From contig CAZQLN010000005.1 in the NCBI GenBank assembly GCA_964594215.1, forward strand, positions 2,475-66,474: 64,000 nucleotides of DNA, in the 5' to 3' direction. Made by a program: the position numbers and the translations under genes. The notes beneath the pieces are model-generated. The model ran no database searches, had not been told where the DNA came from, and worked only from the letters and a program-made list of their open reading frames with translations. The DNA comes from an uncultured Bdellovibrionales bacterium. Lineage in GTDB: Bacteria; Patescibacteriota; Minisyncoccia; Moranbacterales; UBA1568. Numbering within the stretch: the stretch's first letter is position 1; the number at the start of each line of letters is the position of its first letter. Positions 11,092 through 21,541 of the stretch are shown here, one piece after another.

Positions 11092-12546
11092 TTACTCTTC
11101 TTTTGAGTGTTGGTTCTTCTGGTCGTGTTCCATAAACCACTGTTGCGACATTTTTTGCTGTCGTAGGATTTCATTCTCATCTTGAATCAAGCGCTTTCCC
11201 AATCGAGCAATTTCTTTTTCGTCACGTTCTAATTGTCGAAACAGCCAAAGGATAAGAATAATAATAGCTCCCACGAAAATGGCTGATCCCAAAAAAAGCC
11301 ACCAGAAACTTCCTCGCTCTTTCAAAAAAGTTTCTTGCCATAGAGCAAACGGTGTATCATGAGCCACCCCCTCAGCTTGCCACAAAGAACACTCCTGACG
11401 ATAACCACTAAGTGACTTTTCCGTCCCATAAAATGGGTCTATGCCCTGACCTTCCTGAAATGCTTTCTCCATATCCTGACAACGTCGCTCTATATAGGCC
11501 TGAAATCCCTTACGAAAAGCTGTTACAAACACCCCTTCACCTGGTTCAATACGTGAAGCCAAGGCCATATCAGATACTCCATCAATCGCTTGAGCAAAGG
11601 CAAAGTTGTCACCACTCTTTCTCTGTAAAGCATCGGTTTGAAAGGTGACAATGCCCACCACTTTGCCTTCTTCGTTGAGCACAGGCCCACCACTTGAACC
11701 TTCCGATACCTTGGCATCAGTTTGGTATATTTTTTTACCTTCTGGCGAAATACGTACTGCACTCACTACCCCTCCAGTAAAAGTTACTTCACCAGAAGAA
11801 CGCTGCCCCGTTTCTGCAGTAGCTGGATAACCAGAAATATAGACTCGATCGCCCACCGCCACCTCCTTTGGGGAGAAACCAAGAGCAGGAGCTTTCACTT
11901 TATCTATTTTCAAAATAGCGGCATCTGTACCACCGGAAAGAAAATTTGGACTCTCTACTAATACCTCTGCCGGCTGACCCTCCGTGATCGCTTCAGTAAT
12001 AGTCCTCTCCATTCTTCCTGGATCCAAAACACGTACTTCTCGTTTCAAATCAAAAGTACTTTTTTCGAAAAGTGTCGAAAATATAGTCTGCACAAAGCCC
12101 TCTTTTCCCTCTTTAAGTAACCCATCAAGTTCATCATCACTGAGCGTCAAGGCATTCTCATACAGAGATGCTAGTGCTTTCTCTGATACCAACTTACGTT
12201 TTAGTGTATTAGGTGATACCACGTGTGCATTCGTCACGATGTAGCCATTTTCTTGAAACACAAAACCGCTGCCTGTAAAATACTCATCTATTGCTACTTC
12301 TTTATCACTATCTGGTACTAAAGTGATCGTCTTGGCTCGAGCATCTACCACTACCGAAGGCACTTTCACTGTACCAAAAATATGCGTGCCTATCTGCACG
12401 GTTGCCGGTCTTGAAATATCAGCTATCCCTCGCAGGGAAAGATCTTGAGCCTGCACCGCCAAAGGGCTTCCCAGAAAAAGGAAGCTTGTAAAAAGGAAGC
12501 TTGTAAAAACAGTTCTGAATGCCATTTTTGTTTTGTTTACATTCAT
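11092..12546 (-). CDS. Trypsin-like (S1C) serine protease with signal peptide and C-terminal membrane anchor
   Basis: GSGFV...TNAHVV, DAAILKI, GSSGGP catalytic triad; C-terminal TM helix. Confidence 0.88.
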   Translation of the reverse strand: MNVNKTKMAFRTVFTSFLFTSFLFLGSPLAVQAQDLSLRGIADISRPATVQIGTHIFGTVKVPSVVVDARAKTITLVPDSDKEVAIDEYFTGSGFVFQENGYIVTNAHVVSPNTLKRKLVSEKALASLYENALTLSDDELDGLLKEGKEGFVQTIFSTLFEKSTFDLKREVRVLDPGRMERTITEAITEGQPAEVLVESPNFLSGGTDAAILKIDKVKAPALGFSPKEVAVGDRVYISGYPATAETGQRSSGEVTFTGGVVSAVRISPEGKKIYQTDAKVSEGSSGGPVLNEEGKVVGIVTFQTDALQRKSGDNFAFAQAIDGVSDMALASRIEPGEGVFVTAFRKGFQAYIERRCQDMEKAFQEGQGIDPFYGTEKSLSGYRQECSLWQAEGVAHDTPFALWQETFLKERGSFWWLFLGSAIFVGAIIILILWLFRQLERDEKEIARLGKRLIQDENEILRQQKMSQQWFMEHDQKNQHSKEE

Positions 12547-12622
12547 TTTAACATGTTTTGAAGAAAAGTTTGGATCAAGATTAATGAGCTCAACCGTCTC
12601 TACTAGGAGAAGGTTTACCCTA

Positions 12623-12651
12623 TTGACGAAAAAGGCTAAATATGCTACTAT
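12623..12651 (+). promoter_or_regulatory. sigma70-type promoter of the RND operon
   Basis: TTGACG-17 nt-TACTAT, 25 nt before ATG 12677. Confidence 0.6.
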
Positions 12652-12676
12652 AGAGGACTATTTAACACCCCTCATT

Positions 12677-13822
12677 ATGCAAATACCTCTCAAAAAATTT
12701 CGTCAAAAAGTTGGTGCTTTTGTAGCCGCTAAGCCCTGGCCAACTTTTGTTATTCTTTTAGTGATACTTTTCGGTATTATCTTCACAAGTTATACCCTCC
12801 GCGCACCAGAGGCACTTCCAGAAAGCACTCCTCTAGCCCCTAAAAAAGTCTCCATCTTATCACCTGATACAGGTTCTTTAGCTATCACCGTACCTGCTCA
12901 AGTCAAAAAAGATTCTATTATACGCATTACTGCCCTTACCCCAGGAATTGTTTCTGGTATCTTTGTACGTCCTGGCCAGATAGTTCCTCAAGGACGCACT
13001 CTTTTCACACTTACTAACGACTACGGCAGCGGTGCTTCTTCAATTGAAAAAGAGATCGCCAAAAATGATGCTGCTCTTGCCGAACAAGTAGCTACTCTCG
13101 ACAAAAAAATTCAAACACTTGATGAGCGTCGTATCAAGCACGACAATACTCTTAGTGGTAGCGCTGAAGATGTAGAATTAGCTACTCTCCGCAAAGACCG
13201 TGAAATAAGACGTTACACTCTTACAAGTAGTCGACTCAATCTTGCTCTTGCTCTCCGTAACGATGCTGTTTTGCAGCCAAAAAGTAGCCTGCCTGGTACT
13301 ATCACCAATATTGCTGTACGTCGCGGTCAGTTTGTAAACCAGGGCGACATCCTAGCTACCCTTAATGCTTCAGGTGCTGAAGCGACTCTTGAAGCCTCTC
13401 TCTCGAGTGATACCGCTTGGTTGCTTGACCCTACCAAAAACGCTGAGCTTATTCTGCCTACTGGCAATATTCCTCTTACTCTTATTTATCTTGCCAACCA
13501 AGAGAGTGAGGATGGTCTTTATAAAGCAATCTTTGGTCTTCCAGCTGAAAGTGCGCAAAAACTGGTAGATGGTCACTATACTGATATTCGTATTGCTCTT
13601 GAAAGTCATGACGGCAGTATTCTTCTTCCCCTTGAAACCATTTCGCAAGATACCAAGTCTGCCTGGGTTATGGTTGAAGAAAATGGTATCGCTCATCCTC
13701 ACACAGTGACCCTTGGTAACATCTTCGGTAACTACATTGAAGTAACCAGTGGTATCACCAAAGATACTCATGTCATTCTTTCTCGCGGCATTATCGAAGG
13801 AGAAGCTGTTACTACCGAATAA
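12677..13822 (+). CDS. RND efflux membrane-fusion (adaptor) protein
   Basis: TM anchor, split lipoyl halves (GIVSGIFVRPGQIV; GTITNIAVRRGQFVNQGD), adjacent to RND permease; start set at ATG 12677. Confidence 0.85.
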   Translation: MQIPLKKFRQKVGAFVAAKPWPTFVILLVILFGIIFTSYTLRAPEALPESTPLAPKKVSILSPDTGSLAITVPAQVKKDSIIRITALTPGIVSGIFVRPGQIVPQGRTLFTLTNDYGSGASSIEKEIAKNDAALAEQVATLDKKIQTLDERRIKHDNTLSGSAEDVELATLRKDREIRRYTLTSSRLNLALALRNDAVLQPKSSLPGTITNIAVRRGQFVNQGDILATLNASGAEATLEASLSSDTAWLLDPTKNAELILPTGNIPLTLIYLANQESEDGLYKAIFGLPAESAQKLVDGHYTDIRIALESHDGSILLPLETISQDTKSAWVMVEENGIAHPHTVTLGNIFGNYIEVTSGITKDTHVILSRGIIEGEAVTTE

Positions 13823-13833
13823 ATACACCTCTT

Positions 13834-16800
13834 ATGGAGCATGGACCTTCTTTTTTTGAACGCGTCGTCTTTGATCCTCTTGATCATAAAACGTTAGTTG
13901 GTCGTTACTTTAAGAGTATCCGTACCATCATCCTCATTATCCTGACCCTAGCTGGTGCTGGTTTGGTTACCTATCTTTCTCTTCCTCGAGAGCTCAATCC
14001 AAGTATTAAGATCCCTATTGTTTTCGTAGCCACCTCCTACCAGGGTGCTGGGCCAGATGATATAGAAAGTCTTGTCACTATTCCCCTAGAGGATGCCGTT
14101 AGTGGTCTTTCTGGAGTCTCTAAAGTGACCTCTACTTCCAATGAAGGAAATTCTACTATTGTTGTTGAGTTTGCTTCTGGTACAGATCCTGATCAGGCCA
14201 AACAAGATATCCAAAGCGCCGTTGATACCGTCACTGACCTCCCCGAAGATGCTGACAGCCCAGCTGTTCAGGTACTCGATTTCCAAAATCAGCCCGTGAT
14301 TAACTTCATGGTATCTGGTACTACTGACCCAACTAGCCTTGAGAACTTTTCTGATATTTTGGAAGACCGTATCAAGGATCTTCCTGCTATTGAAAGTGTC
14401 GACCTTAACTATCGCAAGGATCCTGAAATCAGCCTGATTCTCGATCCGGCCAAAATCAACTCGCTTAATCTTGATATCCGCAGCGTAGCTCAAGGTGCCG
14501 CTGCAGCTCTCCAGTCGAGTCCAGCTGGTTCCCTTGATGGTAACAGCACATCATTTGCTCTTTCTCAGGATCAGACTCTCCGTAGTGCAGAGGATATTCT
14601 CGCTCTTCCAATTTTGGTCAATGATAAAGTCATCCCCTTAAGTGAAGTGGCTCGTATCGAGGAACGCCCAACTGTTAATTCGCGTGAAGCCTTTGCTTCT
14701 GTTGGAGGTAAGGAGCCTGCTCGAGCTATTACTTTTTCAGCCTTCAAAACAGATTCTGTCGATGCTACGGTAGCAGTCGAACAAATTCGCCAAGCTTTCG
14801 ACGAACTCAATAAGGTACATGGTTCACAATTCACTTTTGAACCTATTTTTGATGGCGCTCGAGAAATCAAAAAAAGTTTCGACCAACTTTTTCATGATTT
14901 CTTCCTGACTGTCGGTCTCGTTTTCACGGTGCTTATTCTCTTTTTCGGCTTACGTCAGTCTATTGTAGCCTCACTTGCTATCCCACTAACCTTCTTAGTC
15001 ACCTTCATGGTCATGGGAGCCAGTGGTATTAGTATCAACTTTATTGCCCTCTTTGCACTTCTTCTCGCTTTGGGTATTCTAGTGGACAATGCCATTGTGA
15101 TTATCTCAGCCATGGCTAGTTATGAGCGCACCGGTAAATTCTCACCTAGTGAAAGCGCTCTCCTTGTTTGGAAGGATTTTCGTTCGGTTATTTTCATTAC
15201 CACCATCACCACGGTATGGGCCTTCTTACCACTCCTCTTAGCGACTGGTATTATTGGCGATTTTATCCAACCAATCCCTATCGTTGTTTCTTCAGCGCTC
15301 GCTATTTCTGCAGCAGTAGCCCTGTTTATCGTCATTCCGATGATGGCCTTACTTCAGACAGGTAATTTCCCCAAACGAATTATCCTCTTCCTCTATGTTG
15401 TAATCTTTCTGATTGGAGCCGCTCTTCTGTTTGCTCTCATTCCGGCTGGACCCTACAAAATCCTCCTTTACCTCTTAGCACTCATATCATTAGGTCTTCT
15501 GTTTGCTCTATTTCGCTTTATCAGAAGCCAGGGTACCGAAAAAGAGTACTCTCTCATGAAACGCCTCAAGGGTTACGTCCACCAGGTTTCTGATGAAGGC
15601 ATTTTTGATTTTCATCCCCTTGCTCTGCGTTATCAACGCTTTATTCTTGGTACCTTAACCAAGAAAAAGGCTCGTCGTACCACTCTCGCCATGCTTATTC
15701 TTTTCAGTCTTTTCTCATACGCTCTCGTGCCGACTGGTTACGTGGTCAATGAATTCTTCCCTGAAGACGATCAAGATATTGTCTATATTAGTTTGGAACT
15801 CCCTCAAGGCACCCCTCTCAGTGAAAGTCGTAAAGAAGCCGAAAAACTTCTTCCTCTCTTGAAGGATACTCCCGATACTCGCTTTGTACTGGCTGAGGTA
15901 GGAGCAAGCCTCAATGATGATGGTGTATCGAGCGCTGGCGATAGCAATCATGTCCTCCTCACTCTTCTCTTGGTACCCAAAGAAGATCGCAAGCCAACCT
16001 CGAGTCAGGTTGTTGAAGAACTTGGTCGTAAGTATAAAAATTACCCTGCTGGTAAACTGTCAGTTAGTCAGTTAGCTGGTGGGCCACCTGCAGGAAGCGA
16101 TCTTCAGATTAAACTTCTTGGTGCCGATTCTGCTACACTCGATAACTATGCGAACAAAATTGAGGACTATCTTGAAACCCAGGCTGGCGTAAGCAATATC
16201 ACCAAGTCTATCCAAACGGGTTCCAGTAAAATTGTCTTTATCCCCGATCAAGCTGAGATCAAACGCTTAGGTATTCCAGAAAATGATAGCGCCTTCTGGC
16301 TGCGTACTATTGGTAGTGGCTACACCATCAAAAGTGATGCTCGCTTCGGTGAAGAAAAACGAGATATTGTCATCCGTCTTGATAGCAGTGAAACTTTGAG
16401 TACTCCAGATAAGCTTTCTTCTTTACTTATTCCCACTCCAGCGGGTCCACGACCCCTGAGCTCCCTTGGTAAATTCCATCTTGAACCCAATCCAACCAGT
16501 ATTACCCGTGAAGACGGCAAGCGCACTCTCTCAGTATCAGCTTCGGTGGGCGAAGGCTATTCAGCAAGCACACTCTCTAAAGAACTAGAGAAGTTCGCTG
16601 ATGAACTCAAATTGCCCGATGGCTACAGTTGGAAAACTGGTGGCGCTAATGAAGAGAATGAGAAATCCGTTGCCTCTATTCTGCAGGCCATGATTCTCTC
16701 AGCGGCATTGATCTTCGGTACTATGGTTATCCAGTTTAACTCCTTTCGTAAGGCCCTTATCGTACTCCTCGTTATTCCCCTGGCTGTATCTGGAGTATTC

Positions 16801-17154
16801 ATCATTTTTGCTATCACAGGGACCCCTCTTTCATTTCCAGCTTTGATTGGCATCCTCGCTCTATTCGGTATTGTGGTCAACAACTCAATCATCCTAGTAG
16901 ACAAGATCAATCGCAATATGGATGCTGGCCTTGATCTTGATCATGCTATTGCCGAAGGATCCGCTAGTCGCTTGGAGCCTATTCTCCTCACCGCGCTCAC
17001 GACCATTATCGGACTTATCCCAATCACACTTTCTGATCCTATTTGGCAGGGCTTAGGCGGTGCTATCATTGCCGGACTACTCTTCTCTGGAATTGCCAAA
17101 CTCTTCTTCATCCCCGTCATGTACAAGATCTTCTACGGAGAAAAAGAAGCCTAA
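13834..17154 (+). CDS. RND efflux permease (AcrB/CusA family)
   Basis: LVTIPLEDA, GILVDNAIV, GIVVNNSIILVD, SRLEPILLTALTTIIGLIP. Confidence 0.95.
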   Translation: MEHGPSFFERVVFDPLDHKTLVGRYFKSIRTIILIILTLAGAGLVTYLSLPRELNPSIKIPIVFVATSYQGAGPDDIESLVTIPLEDAVSGLSGVSKVTSTSNEGNSTIVVEFASGTDPDQAKQDIQSAVDTVTDLPEDADSPAVQVLDFQNQPVINFMVSGTTDPTSLENFSDILEDRIKDLPAIESVDLNYRKDPEISLILDPAKINSLNLDIRSVAQGAAAALQSSPAGSLDGNSTSFALSQDQTLRSAEDILALPILVNDKVIPLSEVARIEERPTVNSREAFASVGGKEPARAITFSAFKTDSVDATVAVEQIRQAFDELNKVHGSQFTFEPIFDGAREIKKSFDQLFHDFFLTVGLVFTVLILFFGLRQSIVASLAIPLTFLVTFMVMGASGISINFIALFALLLALGILVDNAIVIISAMASYERTGKFSPSESALLVWKDFRSVIFITTITTVWAFLPLLLATGIIGDFIQPIPIVVSSALAISAAVALFIVIPMMALLQTGNFPKRIILFLYVVIFLIGAALLFALIPAGPYKILLYLLALISLGLLFALFRFIRSQGTEKEYSLMKRLKGYVHQVSDEGIFDFHPLALRYQRFILGTLTKKKARRTTLAMLILFSLFSYALVPTGYVVNEFFPEDDQDIVYISLELPQGTPLSESRKEAEKLLPLLKDTPDTRFVLAEVGASLNDDGVSSAGDSNHVLLTLLLVPKEDRKPTSSQVVEELGRKYKNYPAGKLSVSQLAGGPPAGSDLQIKLLGADSATLDNYANKIEDYLETQAGVSNITKSIQTGSSKIVFIPDQAEIKRLGIPENDSAFWLRTIGSGYTIKSDARFGEEKRDIVIRLDSSETLSTPDKLSSLLIPTPAGPRPLSSLGKFHLEPNPTSITREDGKRTLSVSASVGEGYSASTLSKELEKFADELKLPDGYSWKTGGANEENEKSVASILQAMILSAALIFGTMVIQFNSFRKALIVLLVIPLAVSGVFIIFAITGTPLSFPALIGILALFGIVVNNSIILVDKINRNMDAGLDLDHAIAEGSASRLEPILLTALTTIIGLIPITLSDPIWQGLGGAIIAGLLFSGIAKLFFIPVMYKIFYGEKEA

Positions 17155-17156
17155 AT

Positions 17157-17188
17157 AAAAACAGTCCGCCAACTAGCGGACTGTTTTT
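17157..17188. terminator. Bidirectional intrinsic terminator
   Basis: AAAAACAGTCCGC-caacta-GCGGACTGTTTTT between convergent genes. Confidence 0.85.
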
Positions 17189-17202
17189 TCATCTCTCTTG
17201 TC

Positions 17203-17970
17203 TTAGTTTTTGGTATCCTTTTTGTCCTCTTTGATAGGATCCTCTTTGATAGTTACATTTTGAATATAGACCAAATCCACTGGTGAAGAACCTTCGCCAC
17301 CAGACTTAGTGGGTGCTGTGGCGATAGCATCGACCACTTCCATCCCCTTAGTTACCTTACCGAAAATGACATAGCTTTTTGGAAGAGCGGTGTCTTTATG
17401 CATAATAAAGAACTGACTCCCATTGGTATTCGGGCCACTATTCGCCATAGCTACTGTCCCTCTCGTGTATTCACCGTTAAATGGCTCGTCATTGAACTTA
17501 TAGCCAGGACCTCCAGTCCCTGTCCCAGTTGGGTCACCGCCCTGAATCATGAATCCCTGAATCGTTCGGTGAAATGGGGTATTGTTATAAAAGTTTTTTC
17601 TCGCTAAGAAAACAAAGTTATTGACAGTAATTGGTGTCTCTTTGGCATTAAGCTCAATCGTGATCTCTCCCTTGCCTGTAGCCAAAATAGCTTGATACAT
17701 CTTTGTCTCAGCCTCAATTTCCATTCCTGGAGCTTCTTTATACATAGGTTCAGCTTTTTTAGTTTGTTTAGCGGCTACTGCCTGAGCCTTCTTTTCCTCT
17801 TCGAGTTTTGCGGCCTCTGCTGCTGCTTTGGCTTTTTCGGCTTCTTTTTCAGAATCAAGAACAAGGTCGCTTCCTGCCACCAGCTCCTTTTTTCTTACTT
17901 CATCAGTACTGCAGCCTGTGAGCACTGCCAGGAGAAACACTAAACTCATCCCTTTCACAATATATCGCAT
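17203..17970 (-). CDS. Cyclophilin-type peptidyl-prolyl isomerase, probable lipoprotein
   Basis: Lipobox LTGC; FHRTIQGFMIQGGDPTGTGTGGPGY, AMANSGPNTNGSQFFI. Confidence 0.95.
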   Translation of the reverse strand: MRYIVKGMSLVFLLAVLTGCSTDEVRKKELVAGSDLVLDSEKEAEKAKAAAEAAKLEEEKKAQAVAAKQTKKAEPMYKEAPGMEIEAETKMYQAILATGKGEITIELNAKETPITVNNFVFLARKNFYNNTPFHRTIQGFMIQGGDPTGTGTGGPGYKFNDEPFNGEYTRGTVAMANSGPNTNGSQFFIMHKDTALPKSYVIFGKVTKGMEVVDAIATAPTKSGGEGSSPVDLVYIQNVTIKEDPIKEDKKDTKN

Positions 17971-18024
17971 AGCTCTACATCAAATATAGTATATTTGCTA
18001 CCAAGTATAGCAAACTGGCTTTGT

Positions 18025-19782
18025 TTAAGCAAAAGTAAAGGCGTATACTTCTGTATCTCCCTCCTCAATAATAATCTTAATAACCGCTTTCTTGTTTTGA
18101 TCACGGAAATCCACCAGTTCATACAGGCGATCCTCATCAATACGCACCTCTCCATTTTGTACATCCTTACCACTAATCTCTTGTGCTATAGGTACTCCAT
18201 CAAGAAGAATTTTTACCCGACTGGCTACCTTCGAATCTCCTGGTCGCATCACCAAAAACACCTTGCTTCCTTGAAATGAGAGACTCAGGCTGCTTCCATT
18301 TTTCATCACAGCACGCTCAGGTTCCACGGTCACCTGACCATCAAAAGCATACCCGTGAAGAGGCAATACTTGGGGTTGAGTAAATGTTTGGAGAGTGCCT
18401 GTCACTTCCTCGCGAGAAACTAGACGCTCAGCTCGATCACTGCCCAGGTATGTTTCTTTGGTCTTTGGCCCAGAAGATACTGACTCGATCTCTTTGGTCA
18501 CTTCAGTATTTTTGACATCAGCTCCAGCTTCTTTGAGAAGACTCTGAATCGCCATTTCCGTTTCTTCATAACCACCCTCACCAAAATGTGTCTCTCGAAT
18601 ATTTCCTTCTGCATCAATCAGATAGTGAGCTGGCCAGTAGCGGTTGCTATAAGCCTGCCAAGTAGCGTAATCATTATCCTGAGCCACTGGATAGGTAATC
18701 TTGTACTTTTTCAGAGCCTCAGCTACGTTCTCTTTCTTGTGTTCAAAAGCAAATTCTGGTGTGTGCACACCGATAACTACCAGCCCCTGGTCCTTATACT
18801 TCTCATACCAACTGGTCACGTAGGGTAGTGTGCGGATACAGTTGATACAGCTATACGTCCAGAAGTCCAGAAGAACAACTTTGCCGCGCAAACCCTCAAG
18901 TGTCAGTGGATCACTGTTAAGCCAACCATTAATACCTGTTAACTCTGGTGCCGGTCCAAGATTTTGGAGTTTAGACTGAAACATCGAGTCAAGAATATCA
19001 GACTGTATATTAGTAACCCCTTCCTTCCCTGTTCTTAGCGCTTCTAGTTGGCCAGTTTTTTCTGCCTGATTTTCGAAAACATAGAGAAATGATTCATAAC
19101 TTGGAAACTTCGCCAAAATAGTTGTTTGCAATTTTTTATCATAGCCAGTAAATATCATCACAGCGGATAAAATCATCACTACCCCAAAAACTCTCTGGAT
19201 AATACCCGTGTACGCCGAAAGAATTCTCGTACGATTAAGGACTCTCCCGCCGATCAAAGTCAAAATATACAGTGGCACACACACTCCCACTACATAAGTC
19301 ACGATCAACAAAACCGCCTCATACCCAACAGCCTGAGTTGCCGCCACTGTGGCCACTGCTGCAAGAATAGGTCCTGCACAGGGTGTCCAAACCAAGCCAA
19401 GAGCTGCACCAGTGATAAAGCCACCGCCAAAACCATCTCCTCGCCCACTCGTAAAACGTCCACCCACTCCACTGAGCTTACTCACTGCTACCTCTAATTT
19501 ATCTCCAAACCATGGTACCAAGAGGATAAGCCCCAGAAACCCAATGATGAATACTGCTAGATAACGCAAAGCTTCTGGATCAAAAGGAATCACCTTGACT
19601 ATGGCAGCCAGGGTTAGCGTGAAGAAAACAAAACTGACAGCCAAACCAGTTACCAAGCCGAGAGGTTTCTTCTTACCACCAGCCACTCCTGAGGAGAGTA
19701 CAATAGGCAAAATAGGCCAGATACAAGGCGCAAAAATAGTCACTATACCCGATAAAAATGTAAAGAAAAGTAGTACCAACAT
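18025..19782 (-). CDS. dipZ: DipZ-like CcdA-thioredoxin fusion
   Basis: CcdA domain (APCIWPILP; WTPCAGPIL), TlpA domain (DFWTYSCINCIR; HTPEFAFE; NRYWPAHY), C-terminal beta domain. Confidence 0.88.
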   Translation of the reverse strand: MLVLLFFTFLSGIVTIFAPCIWPILPIVLSSGVAGGKKKPLGLVTGLAVSFVFFTLTLAAIVKVIPFDPEALRYLAVFIIGFLGLILLVPWFGDKLEVAVSKLSGVGGRFTSGRGDGFGGGFITGAALGLVWTPCAGPILAAVATVAATQAVGYEAVLLIVTYVVGVCVPLYILTLIGGRVLNRTRILSAYTGIIQRVFGVVMILSAVMIFTGYDKKLQTTILAKFPSYESFLYVFENQAEKTGQLEALRTGKEGVTNIQSDILDSMFQSKLQNLGPAPELTGINGWLNSDPLTLEGLRGKVVLLDFWTYSCINCIRTLPYVTSWYEKYKDQGLVVIGVHTPEFAFEHKKENVAEALKKYKITYPVAQDNDYATWQAYSNRYWPAHYLIDAEGNIRETHFGEGGYEETEMAIQSLLKEAGADVKNTEVTKEIESVSSGPKTKETYLGSDRAERLVSREEVTGTLQTFTQPQVLPLHGYAFDGQVTVEPERAVMKNGSSLSLSFQGSKVFLVMRPGDSKVASRVKILLDGVPIAQEISGKDVQNGEVRIDEDRLYELVDFRDQNKKAVIKIIIEEGDTEVYAFTFA

Positions 19783-19874
19783 ACAATATATTTGGTTTAT
19801 TGATAGAAAAATCCGGAACGATCCTCTGGAAGAACGAGAGCTCTCTCGTCCTCACCAGAAAATCATTCGTTAGT

Positions 19875-20129
19875 TTAATGCTTCATCATCATAGAGCCGT
19901 CCTCATTCATCATCGCATCTGATGGTTGAGCTGGTACTGTTGCTTCCTCCTTCATCTTCAATTCCATTTCTTCACCTTTGGTGATAGCCTCATCTTTCTG
20001 CATCATCATATCTCCATTGGCTTTTTTATCCATTGCCTTGTCATTCTGACTACTGCGAATAGCAAAGTAAACCCCTCCAAACACCACTAAAGCGAGGACT
20101 ATGAGTAATATTTTTTTATTCATGTTCAT
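19875..20129 (-). CDS. Met-rich small secreted/anchored protein, paralog of the thioredoxin N-terminus
   Basis: Strong SD (GAAAGGAGGTGA); N-terminus aligns with 20258..20800; no catalytic domain. Confidence 0.7.
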   Translation of the reverse strand: MNMNKKILLIVLALVVFGGVYFAIRSSQNDKAMDKKANGDMMMQKDEAITKGEEMELKMKEEATVPAQPSDAMMNEDGSMMMKH

Positions 20130-20257
20130 TCACCTCCTTTCCTAGATTTATTTTTTATAACATTTCTCAGTATCAATAAAAATTTCTTCTCAAACATACC
20201 TCAACTATCCCTCCGGAAGAACGGGTTCGCGACCCCACTCTTCACAGAGAATACCCT

Positions 20258-20800
20258 CTACTTGATATTTGAGAGAACTTTCTCCAAGGTATCTCCACCG
20301 ATCCACTTATTGAGACTATTGCCGTCTGCATCTACTTGTACAAACGTGTGTTGAGTAGTCACCCCGTACTTGATCTTTAGATCTTTAGAGGAATCGTAGT
20401 CCACACTCATAATGAGAGTGTTGGCTGGAATATCCGAGAGACTAGCCTTAATATCGGCATCAATGGCCTTACAAGTCGGGCACCAAGAAGCGTTGAAGAA
20501 GAGAACCACTTTGCCCTCTTTAGCAAAAGCGAGCTTAGCTGCATCATAAGCGATGTACTGGCCACCCTTCATAATCATAGCATCATCTTTTGCCATCATT
20601 TTGTCATTCTCCATCATGGCACTATCTTTTTTCATAGCCTCATCCTTTTTCATGGCATCTTCTTTCATCATTTTATCTTCTGCCATTTTCTTATCCATCA
20701 TCATTTTGTCATCCTCACTACTGCGTGTAGCTACATACACACCACCCAGTATCACTACTAGAGCAAGGATTCCAATCATTATTTTTTTATCCATATCCAT
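20258..20800 (-). CDS. Membrane-anchored thioredoxin with Met/Lys/Asp-rich linker
   Basis: TM, DKMMMDKKMAEDKMMKEDAM linker, FNASWCPTC, YGVTTQHTFVQVD. Confidence 0.88.
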   Translation of the reverse strand: MDMDKKIMIGILALVVILGGVYVATRSSEDDKMMMDKKMAEDKMMKEDAMKKDEAMKKDSAMMENDKMMAKDDAMIMKGGQYIAYDAAKLAFAKEGKVVLFFNASWCPTCKAIDADIKASLSDIPANTLIMSVDYDSSKDLKIKYGVTTQHTFVQVDADGNSLNKWIGGDTLEKVLSNIK

Positions 20801-20830
20801 TCACCCCCTTTCTGTATTTATCTCAACTAA

Positions 20831-21199
20831 TTAATAGCGCTTCTTGGCGTATATCATACCGACTACTTTCATCAAAATCATTGCTCCCAGAGCATAGACG
20901 AGGGCATCATTATCTTTGGCATGTCGAAACTCTCCTATCACAATCATTATCATGAGAACACTCGCTCCACCTAGGTATCCTAGACGGGCTGCTATATAAC
21001 GGTGAAGTTCTTCCCGCTCGTCGTGCACACTCTCAGCAAACACAAAACCCATAAACAAGAAAAATAAAAGTGCTGCTACACAAACAATGGTCATCACAAA
21101 CATATCCGGCATAAACCAATCTCCTGGATTAATAAGCAAAAGGAGAGCTAAGACTGTGCCTCCGGCTAAGACTGATTCGAGTGTAAAATTACTTTTCAT
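20831..21199 (-). CDS. Four-TM membrane protein (DUF2178-like)
   Basis: DERE motif followed by AARLGY; coupled to an XRE gene, the usual context of this family. Confidence 0.65.
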   Translation of the reverse strand: MKSNFTLESVLAGGTVLALLLLINPGDWFMPDMFVMTIVCVAALLFFLFMGFVFAESVHDEREELHRYIAARLGYLGGASVLMIMIVIGEFRHAKDNDALVYALGAMILMKVVGMIYAKKRY

Positions 21200-21401
21200 A
21201 ACGTATGGTAAAAATTTTATCTACTTCAACTTTAAAAACTTGAGCAATCTTAAGTGCCAACAAAACAGAAGGAACATAATTCCCCTTCTCAAGAGCAATG
21301 ATAGTTTGTCTAGTGACACCCACCCTATTGGCCAGCTCCTCCTGAGTGAGGCTAGAGTTCTGACGCAACAAACTGACTGTATTTTGAATCGTTTCTGGCA
21401 T
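21189..21401 (-). CDS. XRE-family HTH transcriptional regulator
   Basis: [36 protein letters not shown]. Confidence 0.93.
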   Translation of the reverse strand: MPETIQNTVSLLRQNSSLTQEELANRVGVTRQTIIALEKGNYVPSVLLALKIAQVFKVEVDKIFTIRYEK

Positions 21402-21407
21402 ATATTC

Positions 21408-21472
21408 TTGTAAAGTTTACTTTACAAATTAACTATACATCTCAGTAGTATTCTATGTCAAACTGACTTTAC
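21408..21472 (-). promoter_or_regulatory. Promoter with two XRE-type operators
   Basis: Perfect palindrome TTGTAAAG-ttta-CTTTACAA (21408-21427) and a degenerate copy GTCAAA-ctga-CTTTAC (21457-21472) overlapping a minus-strand TTGACA-18-TATAGT promoter. Confidence 0.75.
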
Positions 21473-21512
21473 TTTTAGCAAGTAATCTTGCTTCGCCAAA
21501 GCTCTCCCCTTC

Positions 21513-21541
21513 TTGACTTTTTCCTTTTTTAGGAGTATAAT
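21513..21541 (+). promoter_or_regulatory. Near-consensus sigma70 promoter
   Basis: TTGACT-17 nt-TATAAT. Confidence 0.8.

Noticed and set aside
12476-12509. 15-nt tandem duplication AAAAAGGAAGCTTGT
   Set aside because: Two in-frame copies in a signal peptide (FTSFL x2); trivial slippage.
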